Shown here piece after piece: positions 40,583 to 51,543 of a stretch of DNA of 64,000 nt. Position 1 is the first letter of the stretch, and the number at the start of each line of letters is the position of its first letter. The DNA is from an uncultured Gammaproteobacteria bacterium. GTDB lineage: Bacteria > Patescibacteriota > Microgenomatia > Levybacterales > GWA1-39-11. The notes under the pieces are model-generated. The model was given only the letters and a program-made list of their open reading frames with translations, had not been told where the DNA came from and made no database searches. The stretch spans positions 52,531 to 116,530 of the forward strand of contig CAZYWG010000003.1 of assembly GCA_964651815.1 (NCBI GenBank). Reading direction: 5' to 3'. The position numbers and the translations under genes are program-made.

Positions 40583-42625
40583 CTAGTCTTTTGCTATTTT
40601 GGGTGTGTCGGTTTGTTCTACTCTTTCAATTAATTCCGGATAATCTTTAAGATTTGGAAAGATCTTATCAGCTGCATTTTTTGATTTTTGTATTATTTCA
40701 ACATCGGAAAGATTAGCAATTTTTAGATCTGGAATTCCGTGCTGCATAGTCCCAAACATTTCACCGGGTCCTCTGAGCTTGAGATCAATCTCCGCAAGCT
40801 CCGCACCGTTGGTAATAGTTTGTAGAAAACCTAATCTTTCGCGAATCTTATCACTTTTTGAATCGGTAAAAAGTAAACAATATGATTCTTTCTCACCCCG
40901 CCCTACGCGTCCTCGTAATTGATGGAGTTGTGCAAGGCCAAACCTTTCTGAAGCTTCAATTAAAATTATGTCAGCACTCGGAATATCAATTCCCACTTCA
41001 ATAACAGGCGTTGCCACCAAAATATTAATTTCCCCGCTTCTGAATTTTTTAATAACATCGTCTTTTTCCTTTCCCTTCATTTTTCCGTGTAAAAGTCCGA
41101 GATTAAATTTAGGAAAAATGTCCTGTCTTAGCCGCTCAAACTCTTCTTTCACAGCTTTGACAGTTGACAATGTTTCAGAGGGTTCTATAAACGGGCAGAC
41201 AATAAATACTTGGCTATTTTCCGTCTTAATCTTTTTAGTAATCCATTCGTACCCACTCTCTCTTTTTTCTTCCGGAACGAGCCATGTTTTAATTTTTTTC
41301 CTACCTGCTGGAAGCTCGTTTAAATAAGACAATGCAAGATCTGCATATATAGTCAAAAATATTGTTCTTGGGATGGGGGTTGCCGTCATTGTTAATAAAT
41401 GCGGATTCAGTGTTGCGCTTTTCTCTTTAAGAATTGCGCGCTGCTCTACGCCAAACCGTTGTTGCTCATCAATTACAATTAGTCCGAGTTTTTTGAATTC
41501 TGCCCTTCCGTGGAGAAGTGCATGAGTTCCAATAGCAACATCGAATTGTTTATCGTTTACGGTTGATAACTTATGGCTTTTAGTCGAGCCGGTGAATAAT
41601 TCCACTTTTACGCCAAGTGGCTCGAGTAGCTTAGAGACAGTAGCAAAGTGTTGATTTGCCAAAATTTCAGTTGGTGCCATGAGAGCCGTTTGAAAACCGT
41701 TTAAAAAAGCAGAATAAATAGCAATTGCAGCAACAATTGTTTTTCCGGATCCAACATCTCCTTCTAGTAGCCTATTCATTGGAATTTGAAGCTTCAAATC
41801 TTTGAATACGTCCTCAATTGCTCTTTTTTGAGAATCGGTTAGCTCGAAAGGCAAATTTTTTATAAGTTTTGCGATTTTGTGTTTGTGCTTTTCAATTTCA
41901 AAACTAATTGCTTTTTGTTTTTTCTCCCATTCCTCACGTCTAATGGTACTCGCCAAGTGTTTGAGAAAAAGTTCATCAAAAGAGAGCCTTTTTCTGGCTT
42001 CTTCTGCTTGGGCAAGACCTTCCGGGAAGTGAATTTTATGTAGTGCGTTTGATAAAGCGAGTAAACTATTTTCTGTAATTACGCTTTTTGGAAGATAGTC
42101 ACTAATTTCAAACGGAAGATCAAGAACGGTTTTGATTCTTCCCCTAATCCATTTTGAGGAAAGGCCTGCGGTTTCAGAATAAATAGGTACAAAGCCGGTA
42201 GTGTGAATTGCCGCCGCGTCTTCAGTCTTTAAAACTTCATAACTCCTGACAGATAATGTCCTTTTACTTCCAAATAAATCCACTCGCCCAGCGGCTGACA
42301 GAAAATCTCCCTCATGAACATTCTTTAAAATAAATCTTTGGTTGAAAAAAACGCAATCAATTTTTCCGGTCTCGTCATTTACGGTCACTCTTTGGATGGT
42401 TAGTCCGCGTTTAGTAAAATTATTCGTAACCTTTGTTACTTTGCCTTGAATTGTTACTATTTCCCCGGCTTGAGTTATTCCGATTTTTGAAACCAGAGTT
42501 TTTTCGTATCTAAAGGGCGTATATAACAGCAAATCTTCTACAGTTAAAAGACCAATCTTTGATAGAATTTTTCCTTTCATGCGGAACACCGGACCGAGTG
42601 TTACCAGCGGAGTTTTTAAATCCAT
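40583..42625 (-). CDS. recG: ATP-dependent DNA helicase RecG
   Basis: RLLEGDVGSGKT, IDEQQRFGV, MTATPIPRT, LHQLRGRVGRG. Confidence 0.97.
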   Translation of the reverse strand: MDLKTPLVTLGPVFRMKGKILSKIGLLTVEDLLLYTPFRYEKTLVSKIGITQAGEIVTIQGKVTKVTNNFTKRGLTIQRVTVNDETGKIDCVFFNQRFILKNVHEGDFLSAAGRVDLFGSKRTLSVRSYEVLKTEDAAAIHTTGFVPIYSETAGLSSKWIRGRIKTVLDLPFEISDYLPKSVITENSLLALSNALHKIHFPEGLAQAEEARKRLSFDELFLKHLASTIRREEWEKKQKAISFEIEKHKHKIAKLIKNLPFELTDSQKRAIEDVFKDLKLQIPMNRLLEGDVGSGKTIVAAIAIYSAFLNGFQTALMAPTEILANQHFATVSKLLEPLGVKVELFTGSTKSHKLSTVNDKQFDVAIGTHALLHGRAEFKKLGLIVIDEQQRFGVEQRAILKEKSATLNPHLLTMTATPIPRTIFLTIYADLALSYLNELPAGRKKIKTWLVPEEKRESGYEWITKKIKTENSQVFIVCPFIEPSETLSTVKAVKEEFERLRQDIFPKFNLGLLHGKMKGKEKDDVIKKFRSGEINILVATPVIEVGIDIPSADIILIEASERFGLAQLHQLRGRVGRGEKESYCLLFTDSKSDKIRERLGFLQTITNGAELAEIDLKLRGPGEMFGTMQHGIPDLKIANLSDVEIIQKSKNAADKIFPNLKDYPELIERVEQTDTPKIAKD

Positions 42626-42633
42626 AGGTCATA

Positions 42634-42738
42634 TTATAAAGAAGTTAGGAAAGGAATGAGCGCTGAAATTAGAATTGCAATACAGGCAATTGCCAAAATT
42701 ACTTTAAACATCCATTTATTGCGTCTAATTGTTTCCAT
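42634..42738 (-). CDS. Small membrane peptide (34 aa)
   Basis: METIRRNKWMFKVILAIACIAILISALIPFLTSL*; fills the purD-recG gap with 8-nt spacers on both sides. Confidence 0.6.
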   Translation of the reverse strand: METIRRNKWMFKVILAIACIAILISALIPFLTSL

Positions 42739-42746
42739 ATTTTTTA

Positions 42747-44060
42747 TTATACAATATTTTGCCTAATCCTTTCGACGTCGCGCCAGCCTATATCTGTTCT
42801 GAAATGTAAATTGTTTCCTTCAATGTATAATAATGAGAGCGCTTCATATGCTTTTTGGCGAGCTTCAATTACATTTTTTCCTTCTGCAACAACATGAAAA
42901 AGCCTTCCTGATGAAACAAAGTAGCGGTTTTTTTCTTCTGTGACCCTGGTACCAAAAAACATTACGCCAGGAAGTTTTAATAGATCATTTACTCCAAAAA
43001 GTTCTCGCTTTTTGCTTTCTGCCCCAGAGCGGAGTGAGCCTGTAACCACAATTCTTGCTTTTCCGTCGAGTGTGATCTTTTCTTTTGTTAACATTTGATT
43101 TGCCGCAGCGAGTGAAAGTTGATATAAATCATTTTTAATTCCCGGGACTAATACTTCCGCTTCAGGATCTCCCCATCTGGCATTGAATTCAATAACATAA
43201 ACTTTTTCTTCAACAACTATTGCTCCTAAATATAAAATCCCGCTGTATGGGCGGTTTTCTTTTGCCAGGCCTATCACCGTTTTTTTTATAATATCTTCAG
43301 CCTGATTGTATATGGACTTATTTACAATTAGTGCAGGGGTACTACAGCCAATTCCGCCGGTATTGGGGCCTAAGTCTCCATCAAATAATCTTTTGTGGTC
43401 CTGCGCACTTCCAATAATCTGAAAAGTTTTGCCGTCCGCTAGCGCGAACATTGAAAATTCTTCTCCAATAAGCCATTCTTCTATAACAAATGTTTTACCC
43501 GCTTCACCAAATTTTGACATTTGATCAATCGCGGCAAATGCCTCCGCCTTTGTCTCGGCCGGGAGTGCTCCTTTTCCTTCCGCAAGGCCAGATGCTTTCA
43601 CAAAAAATTTCTTTCCAGGATTTTTATTTATAAATTCAACTGCTCTCTTTCTGGAATCAAACACTTTGTATAAAGGTGAGGGAATTCCGTACTTTTTCAT
43701 AAAGTCACGGGCCCATGCTTTGTCCCATTCAATTTGTCCCGCTGCGCGAGTTGGCCCAATCACTTTAAATCCCTGTTCGATAAGTCTGTCAACAAGTCCT
43801 GCCTCAACGGCGTTATCCTGAGCAACATCAATTAAATCTACTTCAAACTTTTTACAAATTGCAAGAATTTCAGGGATACTCGTGGTTTTTAGCTCGGGGA
43901 AAATTTTGACAAGCTTCTTGGAATTTAGGGCCATCAAATCGTTGCCTGGTATGGCAATTATCTGCCCCACTAGATTACTCTCTGAATATTTTTGTATAAG
44001 GACGGCTCCACGTCCGCCTGAATCTATTACAACAACGGTTTTCTTGTTAAGACCTGCCAT
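42747..44060 (-). CDS. purD: Phosphoribosylamine-glycine ligase
   Basis: SGGRG, KASGLAEGKG, QDHKRLFDGDLGPNTGG, EFNARWGDPE, RTDIG. Confidence 0.93.
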   Translation of the reverse strand: MAGLNKKTVVVIDSGGRGAVLIQKYSESNLVGQIIAIPGNDLMALNSKKLVKIFPELKTTSIPEILAICKKFEVDLIDVAQDNAVEAGLVDRLIEQGFKVIGPTRAAGQIEWDKAWARDFMKKYGIPSPLYKVFDSRKRAVEFINKNPGKKFFVKASGLAEGKGALPAETKAEAFAAIDQMSKFGEAGKTFVIEEWLIGEEFSMFALADGKTFQIIGSAQDHKRLFDGDLGPNTGGIGCSTPALIVNKSIYNQAEDIIKKTVIGLAKENRPYSGILYLGAIVVEEKVYVIEFNARWGDPEAEVLVPGIKNDLYQLSLAAANQMLTKEKITLDGKARIVVTGSLRSGAESKKRELFGVNDLLKLPGVMFFGTRVTEEKNRYFVSSGRLFHVVAEGKNVIEARQKAYEALSLLYIEGNNLHFRTDIGWRDVERIRQNIV

Positions 44061-45243
44061 CTGAAATTTTTATTCTTATAAAATTCCTTTTTCCAGCTTT
44101 TATTATCATATTGTCTTCAGGGATTATTTCTTGATTTGACGTACCTACGAGTTCGTCATTAACTAGCACTCCGCCCTGTTCAACCAGCCTTTTTGCTTCC
44201 GATTTACTTTCTGCCAAATTTAATTTCACGAGTAAATCGGAGATAGGAATATGATCGGCAGCACTTAATTCCGCTGTTGGAATATCCTCAGGCATTTCTT
44301 TTTTCTGGACCGTTTTCTCAAAAAAATCTTGAGCTTCTTCAGCAGTCTTGTTGTCGTAGAGTTCGGTAACAACAGTAAGAGCCAAATCTTTCTTAATGTT
44401 TATTGGATTTTCTTTATTTTTTAATTTCTCATCGAACTCGTCAATTTTTTCGAGTGGCAAATTGGTTGCAAGCGTGAAATACTGAATAATTAATCCATCA
44501 TCAACGGACATTATTTTCCCAAACATATCATTCGGTACATCATCAAGCCAGATTGCATTTCCCCATGATTTGCTCATCTTACGGCCATCAGTCCCCATAA
44601 GGAATTCAGTTGCAAGTACAAACGACTCTTTATCCCGCATTAGCTTTTGTAGAGTTCGTCCTGCCTGCATATTAAATGTTTGGTCTGTTCCACCAATTTG
44701 TAAATCCGTATCGAGGTAGTAACTATCGTATCCTTGCATAACCGGATAAAGAACTTCATGAAGTCCAATTCTTCCACCACCGGACAATCTTTTTTTAATA
44801 AGCTCGCGGCTTATAAAATCTCCAACAGAAAACTTTTGTGTCAGTTTTACAACATCTTCAAATCCGAGTTTTGACAGCCACTCGCTATTGTGTACAACTT
44901 TTATTTTTGAGAAATCTAAAACTTTTTCCGCCTGTTTTTTATAAGTTTTAAAATTTTCCTCGATTTGTTGGTTTGTTAAAATAGGGCGCTCAGAATCTTT
45001 ATCGGAAGTGTCTCCTATTAAAGCAGTAAAATCCCCAATCAAAAATGTAACATTGTGACCAAGATCTGAAAGTTTTTGCAAGATTCTTAACGGAACCGCA
45101 TGTCCCAGGTGTATTTTTGTAGCCGTTGGGTCAATGCCAAGATAGATGTTTAATTTTCTTTCAGAAAGTGCATTTTTAAGTTCTTCTTTTCCGGGAATTA
45201 TATTTGCAACTCCTCTTGTTAAAATTTCCTCTATATCATTCAT
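44047..45243 (-). CDS. tyrS: Tyrosyl-tRNA synthetase
   Basis: YLGIDPT..HLGH, YPVMQGYD, GGTDQ, KMSKS, C-terminal S4 domain. ATG at 45243. Confidence 0.96.
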   Translation of the reverse strand: MNDIEEILTRGVANIIPGKEELKNALSERKLNIYLGIDPTATKIHLGHAVPLRILQKLSDLGHNVTFLIGDFTALIGDTSDKDSERPILTNQQIEENFKTYKKQAEKVLDFSKIKVVHNSEWLSKLGFEDVVKLTQKFSVGDFISRELIKKRLSGGGRIGLHEVLYPVMQGYDSYYLDTDLQIGGTDQTFNMQAGRTLQKLMRDKESFVLATEFLMGTDGRKMSKSWGNAIWLDDVPNDMFGKIMSVDDGLIIQYFTLATNLPLEKIDEFDEKLKNKENPINIKKDLALTVVTELYDNKTAEEAQDFFEKTVQKKEMPEDIPTAELSAADHIPISDLLVKLNLAESKSEAKRLVEQGGVLVNDELVGTSNQEIIPEDNMIIKAGKRNFIRIKISDGRS

Positions 45244-45331
45244 AGAGCTATTATACGTATTTTGAACTGAAATTGTAAACCCCGTTTTCAAAGACTAGCG
45301 TCTTGCGGGGTGAAGCTGATATAATGTTTTT

Positions 45332-47734
45332 ATGCTCAAGTATTCTTCGAGATATTCTTCTCGTCTGAACAGAGTTAGGCGCACCCGCTCGCTCACTAAT
45401 GTTTTGGTTCTTTCAAAATTAGCCAGATGGGCTTTCTTTGGACTAATAGGCGTCATTGTGATCTTCTTTATTTATTTTCTTTGGGTTTCGCGCGACCTTC
45501 CAACGCCAGGTAGACTTGCCAACGGGAATATAAAAGATTCAACAAAAATTCTGGATAAGAATGGTGTTATTCTCTACTCTATTTATAAAGACTACAATAG
45601 GATTTATGTCCCGGTTGCGGAGATCCCAAAATATTTACAAACCGCAACAATTTCAACTGAAGACAGGACTTTTTACACTAATCAAGGGTTTTCAGTGACT
45701 GGGCTTTTAAGAGGTGTAATTTTAGATCCAATTTTACGTAGCCGCGCTTCGGGAGGTTCAACAATAACACAACAGCTTGTCAAAAATACTCTCTTGACGC
45801 CGGAGCGCAGCGTCACAAGAAAAGTAAAAGAGTTGATTTTAGCGATTGAAGTGGATAAGAAATTTTCCAAAACCCAGATTCTAGAAATGTATTTAAATAA
45901 CGCGCCTTACGGGGGAACGGCAGTTGGTGTTGAAGCCGCGTCAAACCTGTATTTTGGAAAACATGCAAAAGAACTTGATCTTGCACAGTGTGCATTTCTT
46001 GCAGGACTTCCGCAGCTGCCATCAGTTTATTCTCCTTATGCAGGGCATGGCAAAGCATACATTGCACGCACTCAACAAGTACTTGACGCTATGCATAGGG
46101 ATGGAGCTATTTCAAGCGACCAAGAAAAAAATTCCATGAAAGAAGTAAACGCGTTTGTATTTATGCAAGATCCCGGAAATCTTAAAGCGCCTCACTTTGT
46201 GCAATATGTTAGGGATCAACTTGTAAAACTTTACGGTGACGCGGTTGTTGAGAGCGGTAATTTAACTGTCCAGACAACTCTTGATTACAGCATAGAAAAG
46301 CAAGCTGAGGATATTGTAAATCGCGAAGTCGCGGGGCTTAAAACGTATAACGTTGGAAACGGCGCTGCCATTATTATGGACCCAAAAACAGGCGCAATTT
46401 TGGGTATGGTAGGAAGTCACGATTACTTTGACACAAAAAATGAAGGAAATTTTAATGCTGCTACCGCGCTTCGTCAGCCCGGTTCTTCTTTAAAACCTGT
46501 CATGTATGCAACGGCTTTCCAAAAAGGTTACACGCCGGCAACTTTAATTATGGATGTGGCAACCAGTTTTCCGAGTAATGTCCCGGGGCAATCGGATTAT
46601 ACGCCGGTTAATTATGATGGGAAATTCCGCGGTCCAGTACAGTTACGTTTTGCGCTTGGCAATTCCTTAAATATTCCGGCCGTCAAAATGCTTGCAAATG
46701 TTGGAATTAAGCCGGTCATGCAGCAAGCGTATAACATGGGGATTGAGAATTGGAAGCCTACTACATCAAATCTTGCGAGTGTAGGTTTGTCGCTTGTTTT
46801 GGGAGGACGCGAAACAACTCTTGTTCAAGAAGCTACGGCGTATTCTGTTTTTGCGGACCAAGGTGTAAAGCATGACCCGTTTGCCATTGTTTCTGTAAAA
46901 GATGCAAACGGCAAAACAATTTACAAACATGAGGATTCTGCGGGTAACCAAGTTCTGCCGTCAGAAATTGCGTTTTTGATATCACATATTTTGCTTGATG
47001 ATAACGCGCGGTCTGATGCTTTTGGAAAATACTCTCTTCTCAATATTCCCGGCAAAACCGTATCGGTCAAGACAGGTACAACGGATTCAAAACGTGACAA
47101 CTGGGCAATAGGTTACACACCATCTTATGTGGTAGGTGTTTGGGTAGGAAATAATGATAATACTCCTATGAATCCAAGGATTGCCTCGGGAATAACAGGT
47201 GCCACACCAATTTGGCATGACATTATGGCGGCAATTCTCAAAGGCAAAAAAGCCGAGCAACCCGCAGTCCCCGGTGGGGTTAGTGCAATCCAAGTGGATG
47301 CTTTTTCAGGCGGAATTGCGCATAACGGGCAATCTACAAGAACGGAATACTTTATGAAAGGGACAGAACCAACGGCTGTCTCACCTATTTATGCACAAGT
47401 TAAAATTTCAAACCACCAAGATGGAAAACTTGCAAATGGGGACGAAATTTCTCATGGGGATTACCACGCAAAAGAATACGTTATATTTATGGAAAAAGAT
47501 CCGGTGTCAACAGACGGGAAAAATCGCTGGCAGGATGGGATAAATGCGTGGGTTGATAAAAATCATAAAGATGATGTGCTCTACCACCCGCCAACCGACA
47601 CGTCCGATTACAAATATGACTCGAACCAAAATAATAATTCTAATAATAATTCACCAACGGATACGCCAACGCCTACTCCACCCGGTAATCCAACGCCGAC
47701 GAGTGTTGTTCCATCAATTCAGATAACCCCATAG
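45332..47734 (+). CDS. Class A penicillin-binding protein (PBP1A family)
   Basis: TEDRTFY, GGSTITQQLVKN, RKVKE; transpeptidase SSLKP, SLN, KTGT; N/P/T-rich tail. Confidence 0.95.
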   Translation: MLKYSSRYSSRLNRVRRTRSLTNVLVLSKLARWAFFGLIGVIVIFFIYFLWVSRDLPTPGRLANGNIKDSTKILDKNGVILYSIYKDYNRIYVPVAEIPKYLQTATISTEDRTFYTNQGFSVTGLLRGVILDPILRSRASGGSTITQQLVKNTLLTPERSVTRKVKELILAIEVDKKFSKTQILEMYLNNAPYGGTAVGVEAASNLYFGKHAKELDLAQCAFLAGLPQLPSVYSPYAGHGKAYIARTQQVLDAMHRDGAISSDQEKNSMKEVNAFVFMQDPGNLKAPHFVQYVRDQLVKLYGDAVVESGNLTVQTTLDYSIEKQAEDIVNREVAGLKTYNVGNGAAIIMDPKTGAILGMVGSHDYFDTKNEGNFNAATALRQPGSSLKPVMYATAFQKGYTPATLIMDVATSFPSNVPGQSDYTPVNYDGKFRGPVQLRFALGNSLNIPAVKMLANVGIKPVMQQAYNMGIENWKPTTSNLASVGLSLVLGGRETTLVQEATAYSVFADQGVKHDPFAIVSVKDANGKTIYKHEDSAGNQVLPSEIAFLISHILLDDNARSDAFGKYSLLNIPGKTVSVKTGTTDSKRDNWAIGYTPSYVVGVWVGNNDNTPMNPRIASGITGATPIWHDIMAAILKGKKAEQPAVPGGVSAIQVDAFSGGIAHNGQSTRTEYFMKGTEPTAVSPIYAQVKISNHQDGKLANGDEISHGDYHAKEYVIFMEKDPVSTDGKNRWQDGINAWVDKNHKDDVLYHPPTDTSDYKYDSNQNNNSNNNSPTDTPTPTPPGNPTPTSVVPSIQITP

Positions 47735-47755
47735 CCGTGATATAATTTTACGAAT

Positions 47756-48412
47756 ATGAAATTGCTTTTGACATCTTCCGGTATTACTAACATGTCTATT
47801 GAAAATGCGCTGCTTGGACTTCTTGGAAAGCCTTTTAGAAAGTCAAACATTACTTTTGTCCCAACTGCTGCAAATGTTGAAGAGGGGAATAAGAGTTGGC
47901 TAGTGGACGATATGTATAATTTCAAGAAGCTCGAATTTGCCACGTTCGACATAATAGATATTGCGGCCGTTCCAAAAGAAATTTGGCTTCCTAGTTTTAC
48001 AAAAGCAGACATTATTGTTTTTGGAGGTGGGAATACACAATATTTAAGGGATTGGATAGAAAAATCAGGCCTCGAAAAAGAACTTCCGGATCTTCTAAAG
48101 ACAAGAGTATACGTGGGGATCTCTGCAGGCAGCATGGTTACTGCAAAAAAGATATCTCTTTCTTATGCCGATATTTTATATTATGAAAAAACTGGAAAGT
48201 TTCAGGATATAGATGGTCTAGGATTTGTAGATTTTGAAATTAGACCACATTTAAATTCCGATTATTTTGAAAAAGTAAAAATACCCTATCTTGAAGAAAT
48301 TGCCGGAAAAAATAAAAATACTTTCTACGCACTCGACGACAACTCAGCAATAAAAGTCGAAAACGAAAATATCTCAGTCATCTCCGAAGGTGAATGGAAG
48401 AAATTTAATTAA
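47756..48412 (+). CDS. Peptidase E-like (S51 family)
   Basis: FVPTAAN, FGGGNT, YVGISAGS, IRPH. Confidence 0.88.
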   Translation: MKLLLTSSGITNMSIENALLGLLGKPFRKSNITFVPTAANVEEGNKSWLVDDMYNFKKLEFATFDIIDIAAVPKEIWLPSFTKADIIVFGGGNTQYLRDWIEKSGLEKELPDLLKTRVYVGISAGSMVTAKKISLSYADILYYEKTGKFQDIDGLGFVDFEIRPHLNSDYFEKVKIPYLEEIAGKNKNTFYALDDNSAIKVENENISVISEGEWKKFN

Positions 48413-48423
48413 GATTCACAGAT

Positions 48424-49554
48424 TTATCTATAAATCTTAGAACTTCTTATTATTCCGTGGTGGTCAACGTAATCTTTTGTTCTCGCAACCGAATCATGTA
48501 GTGAAACTCTGTGGTTATGCCCCAGAACAGTTTCCGCTTTTTCCGAGCTATACCTATTGCTACTCTTTAAAAAACTTCTTGCGTTTCCTAAAGACTTTAG
48601 TCCAAAGCCTTCAAGCATTCCCATGACTGCATCAACCGCTTTGAGCACCGGTTCTGTAGCATGTGGCGAGAATTTATAAGTTTTTTGATTGAACAATCCT
48701 TTTGCGTATGCGTTAAGTATATTTGCATATGTTGAATTATCGTCCACTGCATTGAATGCTTGTCCAGCGCCCGCCGGATTTTGAGAAGATTCAATTGATA
48801 AATCGATTACATTTTCTATATCAACATAAGGGAAAACAGCATTTGTTACTGCGTATGCAATAAGCGGTTCCGGAATTCTAGCCCGTGTTAGAAAAGGCAA
48901 ATAGGGGGAAAATTTAGACGCTAGTTCTCTTACCGTATCGGATTTTACATTTGTTAGATCAACACCGCTTAAAAAGTTTAAGATCAGGTGCGTGTAAACA
49001 TCTATTTCAGAACCTATAACGTTTACAGGTCTGACTGCAGACGCCTCAAATTTGTTAGACTTGTCAAAGAAAATTTCTTCTTCTTCAACTTTTGTTCTTC
49101 CGTAAGAAGTGGTAGGATTTTTGGGTGAGTCTTCAGTAATAATATCATCGCTTTCTTGTTTTCCGTAGACGCTCACTGAGCTAAGGAAATGGACGTGTTT
49201 TACTCCGTTTATGTTGGCAGCTTCTGCCAAATTTTGGCTTCCTAAAACATGAACTCTTTTATTTGCTTCTTCATCATTTAAAGAAAGATTTCCTGCAACG
49301 TTAAAAACCGTACTCACGTTTTCTGTTACTCGTCTCATTGAGTCTTTATCTGTGAGGTCTCCTTTTACACCTATGACGTTCTTCATTCCGGATAATACAT
49401 TAACGTCGCGGTCTGATCTTGCCATCGCAATAACCGGACCAAATCTAGCAAGCCTTCTGACATAAATCTTTCCCATAGAACCGGTTGCACCTATTATTAG
49501 GGTTTTCCGCCCATTTGGGTCTGGAAGAAAGATTGGAGCCTCAGATCTTGCCAT
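48424..49554 (-). CDS. NAD-dependent epimerase/dehydratase (extended SDR)
   Basis: GATGSMG, SSVSVYG, YGRTK. Confidence 0.88.
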   Translation of the reverse strand: MARSEAPIFLPDPNGRKTLIIGATGSMGKIYVRRLARFGPVIAMARSDRDVNVLSGMKNVIGVKGDLTDKDSMRRVTENVSTVFNVAGNLSLNDEEANKRVHVLGSQNLAEAANINGVKHVHFLSSVSVYGKQESDDIITEDSPKNPTTSYGRTKVEEEEIFFDKSNKFEASAVRPVNVIGSEIDVYTHLILNFLSGVDLTNVKSDTVRELASKFSPYLPFLTRARIPEPLIAYAVTNAVFPYVDIENVIDLSIESSQNPAGAGQAFNAVDDNSTYANILNAYAKGLFNQKTYKFSPHATEPVLKAVDAVMGMLEGFGLKSLGNARSFLKSSNRYSSEKAETVLGHNHRVSLHDSVARTKDYVDHHGIIRSSKIYR

Positions 49555-49590
49555 AAATATATTATAGGATAGGCTAGATTTAAATGCAAC

Positions 49591-51543
49591 CTATGCCGGG
49601 TCGGCTTTGAAGGACTTCTTGAGTGAGGAGATTATTTTTTCGCGTATCGGAGTTATATCCTCTGCAGTCAGGTTTTTTTCATTGCTTTGATAAACAATCC
49701 TGAAGGTTTTTTTATTTTGATAAATATCAAGTAGCGATACATCTGTAATCAGTTCGCTCTGCTCTTTTATAGTTTTAACTATTTTTTCATAAGTTACTTT
49801 AGGGTCAATTTCAAACCTTAAATCTTCAATTGCCTCAGGAAATATGGACTTTGGCTTATAGATTTTTGCGGAGCTGGCATTTTTGAAGAGAATATCAAAA
49901 TCAAGCTCAAAATCAACTATGTTAGCCTCAAGCTGTTCTATCTCGCCTGCCTGAGTCTTTCCTATATATATATCAGTCCCCTGGCCTCCACTTTTAGCTT
50001 CTTTGAATTCATAATCTTTGATTCCTAGGTCTTGCAAAATACCCTCCATAATCCCTTTTGCCTCAAAAAAAGAAACTTTTTCATGCTTTAAAACCGCAGC
50101 AAGCATTAGTTTTTCCTCCGGTAAATCTTTTTCTCGTTTAATATATACATTTGCTAGCTCAAACAGTTTAAGCTCGTTCCTGTTTTTATTTTCTCGTGAG
50201 GCCTCTAGAATGCTTGGGATTAATGTAGTTCTCATGTAGATATGATCTTCAGTCAGAGGATTTTTTATAGTAACCGCTTCTCCCGGCGCCACTTCAAGTA
50301 AATTTTCTGAGACCATGGGGTATGTGTAGATTTCAGTAAAACCCCAATATTTCATGCTACTTCGTACACGCTTCTCCCAATAAAAAATATCTTTTGCTTG
50401 ATTGTATATTTGAATCTCAGAACTCTGAGGCAAAACACTTGGAAGTCTAAAATATCCATAAACACGGGCTATTTCTTCTACTAAATCTTCCGGAATTTCA
50501 ACGTCATTTGAGCGCCAGGAAGGAACTTTTGTCTTAATTTCATTCTTTTCAATTGTGGCTTCAAATCCCAAATCTGAAAGAATTTTTTCGCAAGTAATAA
50601 GAGGAATGTCTATTCCTATTACCGAATTTATTTTTTCTTCTGCTACGCTTACGGTTTTAGTTTTTACTTTATTTGGATAAACATCATGAATCTTAGAAAT
50701 GACTTTTGCATCCGCAATTTCTTTCAGAAGTTGCACGCCTCGGCGTATCGAATCAAATGCTTTTTCAGGATCTACTCCTTTTTCATTAAGGATTGCAGCG
50801 TCTGTGCGAATTCCAAGCGACATGGAAGTTTTTCTGATTTTGTGTTGGTTATCATTATCAACAAATAACATAACTTTTTTTGTGTTATCATCAACTGCAG
50901 AATTTTGTGTCCCCATAATTCCCAAAAGGTCAATTATTATTCCTGTTCCATCGTCTGCGATAATATCTCCACCTTTCAGAGTATATTCATCTCCGTGTAG
51001 GTCAACAATTTTTTCGCATGCCGCGGCTTCTCTGATAATAAATTTACCAAACCCCAAAAGCTTGTCATAATCAAATGCGTGCATAGGGTGCCCTATCTCA
51101 CGCATGACGTAATTTGTAACGTCAATTAAGTTGTTATGTGGATTAATTCCGGTTGCCTCGAGTCTTTTTTTGATATAGTCAGGAGATTCTTTGAGTGTTA
51201 TGTCAAGCGCAACAGCGCAAATTCTGTTTACAAGATTTGCATCAATTTTAATTTCTATCTCGAGCGGATTTTTATTTGCTATATTTTGAAAATCAGGTTC
51301 TATAAATTTTGCTTCAATACCAAACTGGGGTAGAATGGTTGCCGCCTCTCTTGCCAATCCGATAATCGACATTAAATCCGGACGGTTTGTAGTGATTTCA
51401 ATGTCATAAATAAAATCTTTTTCCAACGGTTCGATTCTTTCAACCGAGACACTTGTCAAAGAAAGTTTCTCGGCAATTGTGTGAGCCGATGCTTCCGTTT
51501 TTAAATATTCTTTTAACCAACTGTGCAAAATTCGTATGTTCAT
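49591..51543 (-). CDS. pheT: Phenylalanyl-tRNA synthetase beta subunit (short form lacking the OB/tRNA-binding domain)
   Basis: EITTNRPDL, DVTNYVM, VPSWR.D...DLVEEIARVYGY. Confidence 0.93.
   Translation of the reverse strand: MNIRILHSWLKEYLKTEASAHTIAEKLSLTSVSVERIEPLEKDFIYDIEITTNRPDLMSIIGLAREAATILPQFGIEAKFIEPDFQNIANKNPLEIEIKIDANLVNRICAVALDITLKESPDYIKKRLEATGINPHNNLIDVTNYVMREIGHPMHAFDYDKLLGFGKFIIREAAACEKIVDLHGDEYTLKGGDIIADDGTGIIIDLLGIMGTQNSAVDDNTKKVMLFVDNDNQHKIRKTSMSLGIRTDAAILNEKGVDPEKAFDSIRRGVQLLKEIADAKVISKIHDVYPNKVKTKTVSVAEEKINSVIGIDIPLITCEKILSDLGFEATIEKNEIKTKVPSWRSNDVEIPEDLVEEIARVYGYFRLPSVLPQSSEIQIYNQAKDIFYWEKRVRSSMKYWGFTEIYTYPMVSENLLEVAPGEAVTIKNPLTEDHIYMRTTLIPSILEASRENKNRNELKLFELANVYIKREKDLPEEKLMLAAVLKHEKVSFFEAKGIMEGILQDLGIKDYEFKEAKSGGQGTDIYIGKTQAGEIEQLEANIVDFELDFDILFKNASSAKIYKPKSIFPEAIEDLRFEIDPKVTYEKIVKTIKEQSELITDVSLLDIYQNKKTFRIVYQSNEKNLTAEDITPIREKIISSLKKSFKADPA

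Noticed and set aside
47625-47734. N/P/T-rich repeats at the PBP1A C-terminus
   Set aside because: Ordinary low-complexity tail of a surface protein.
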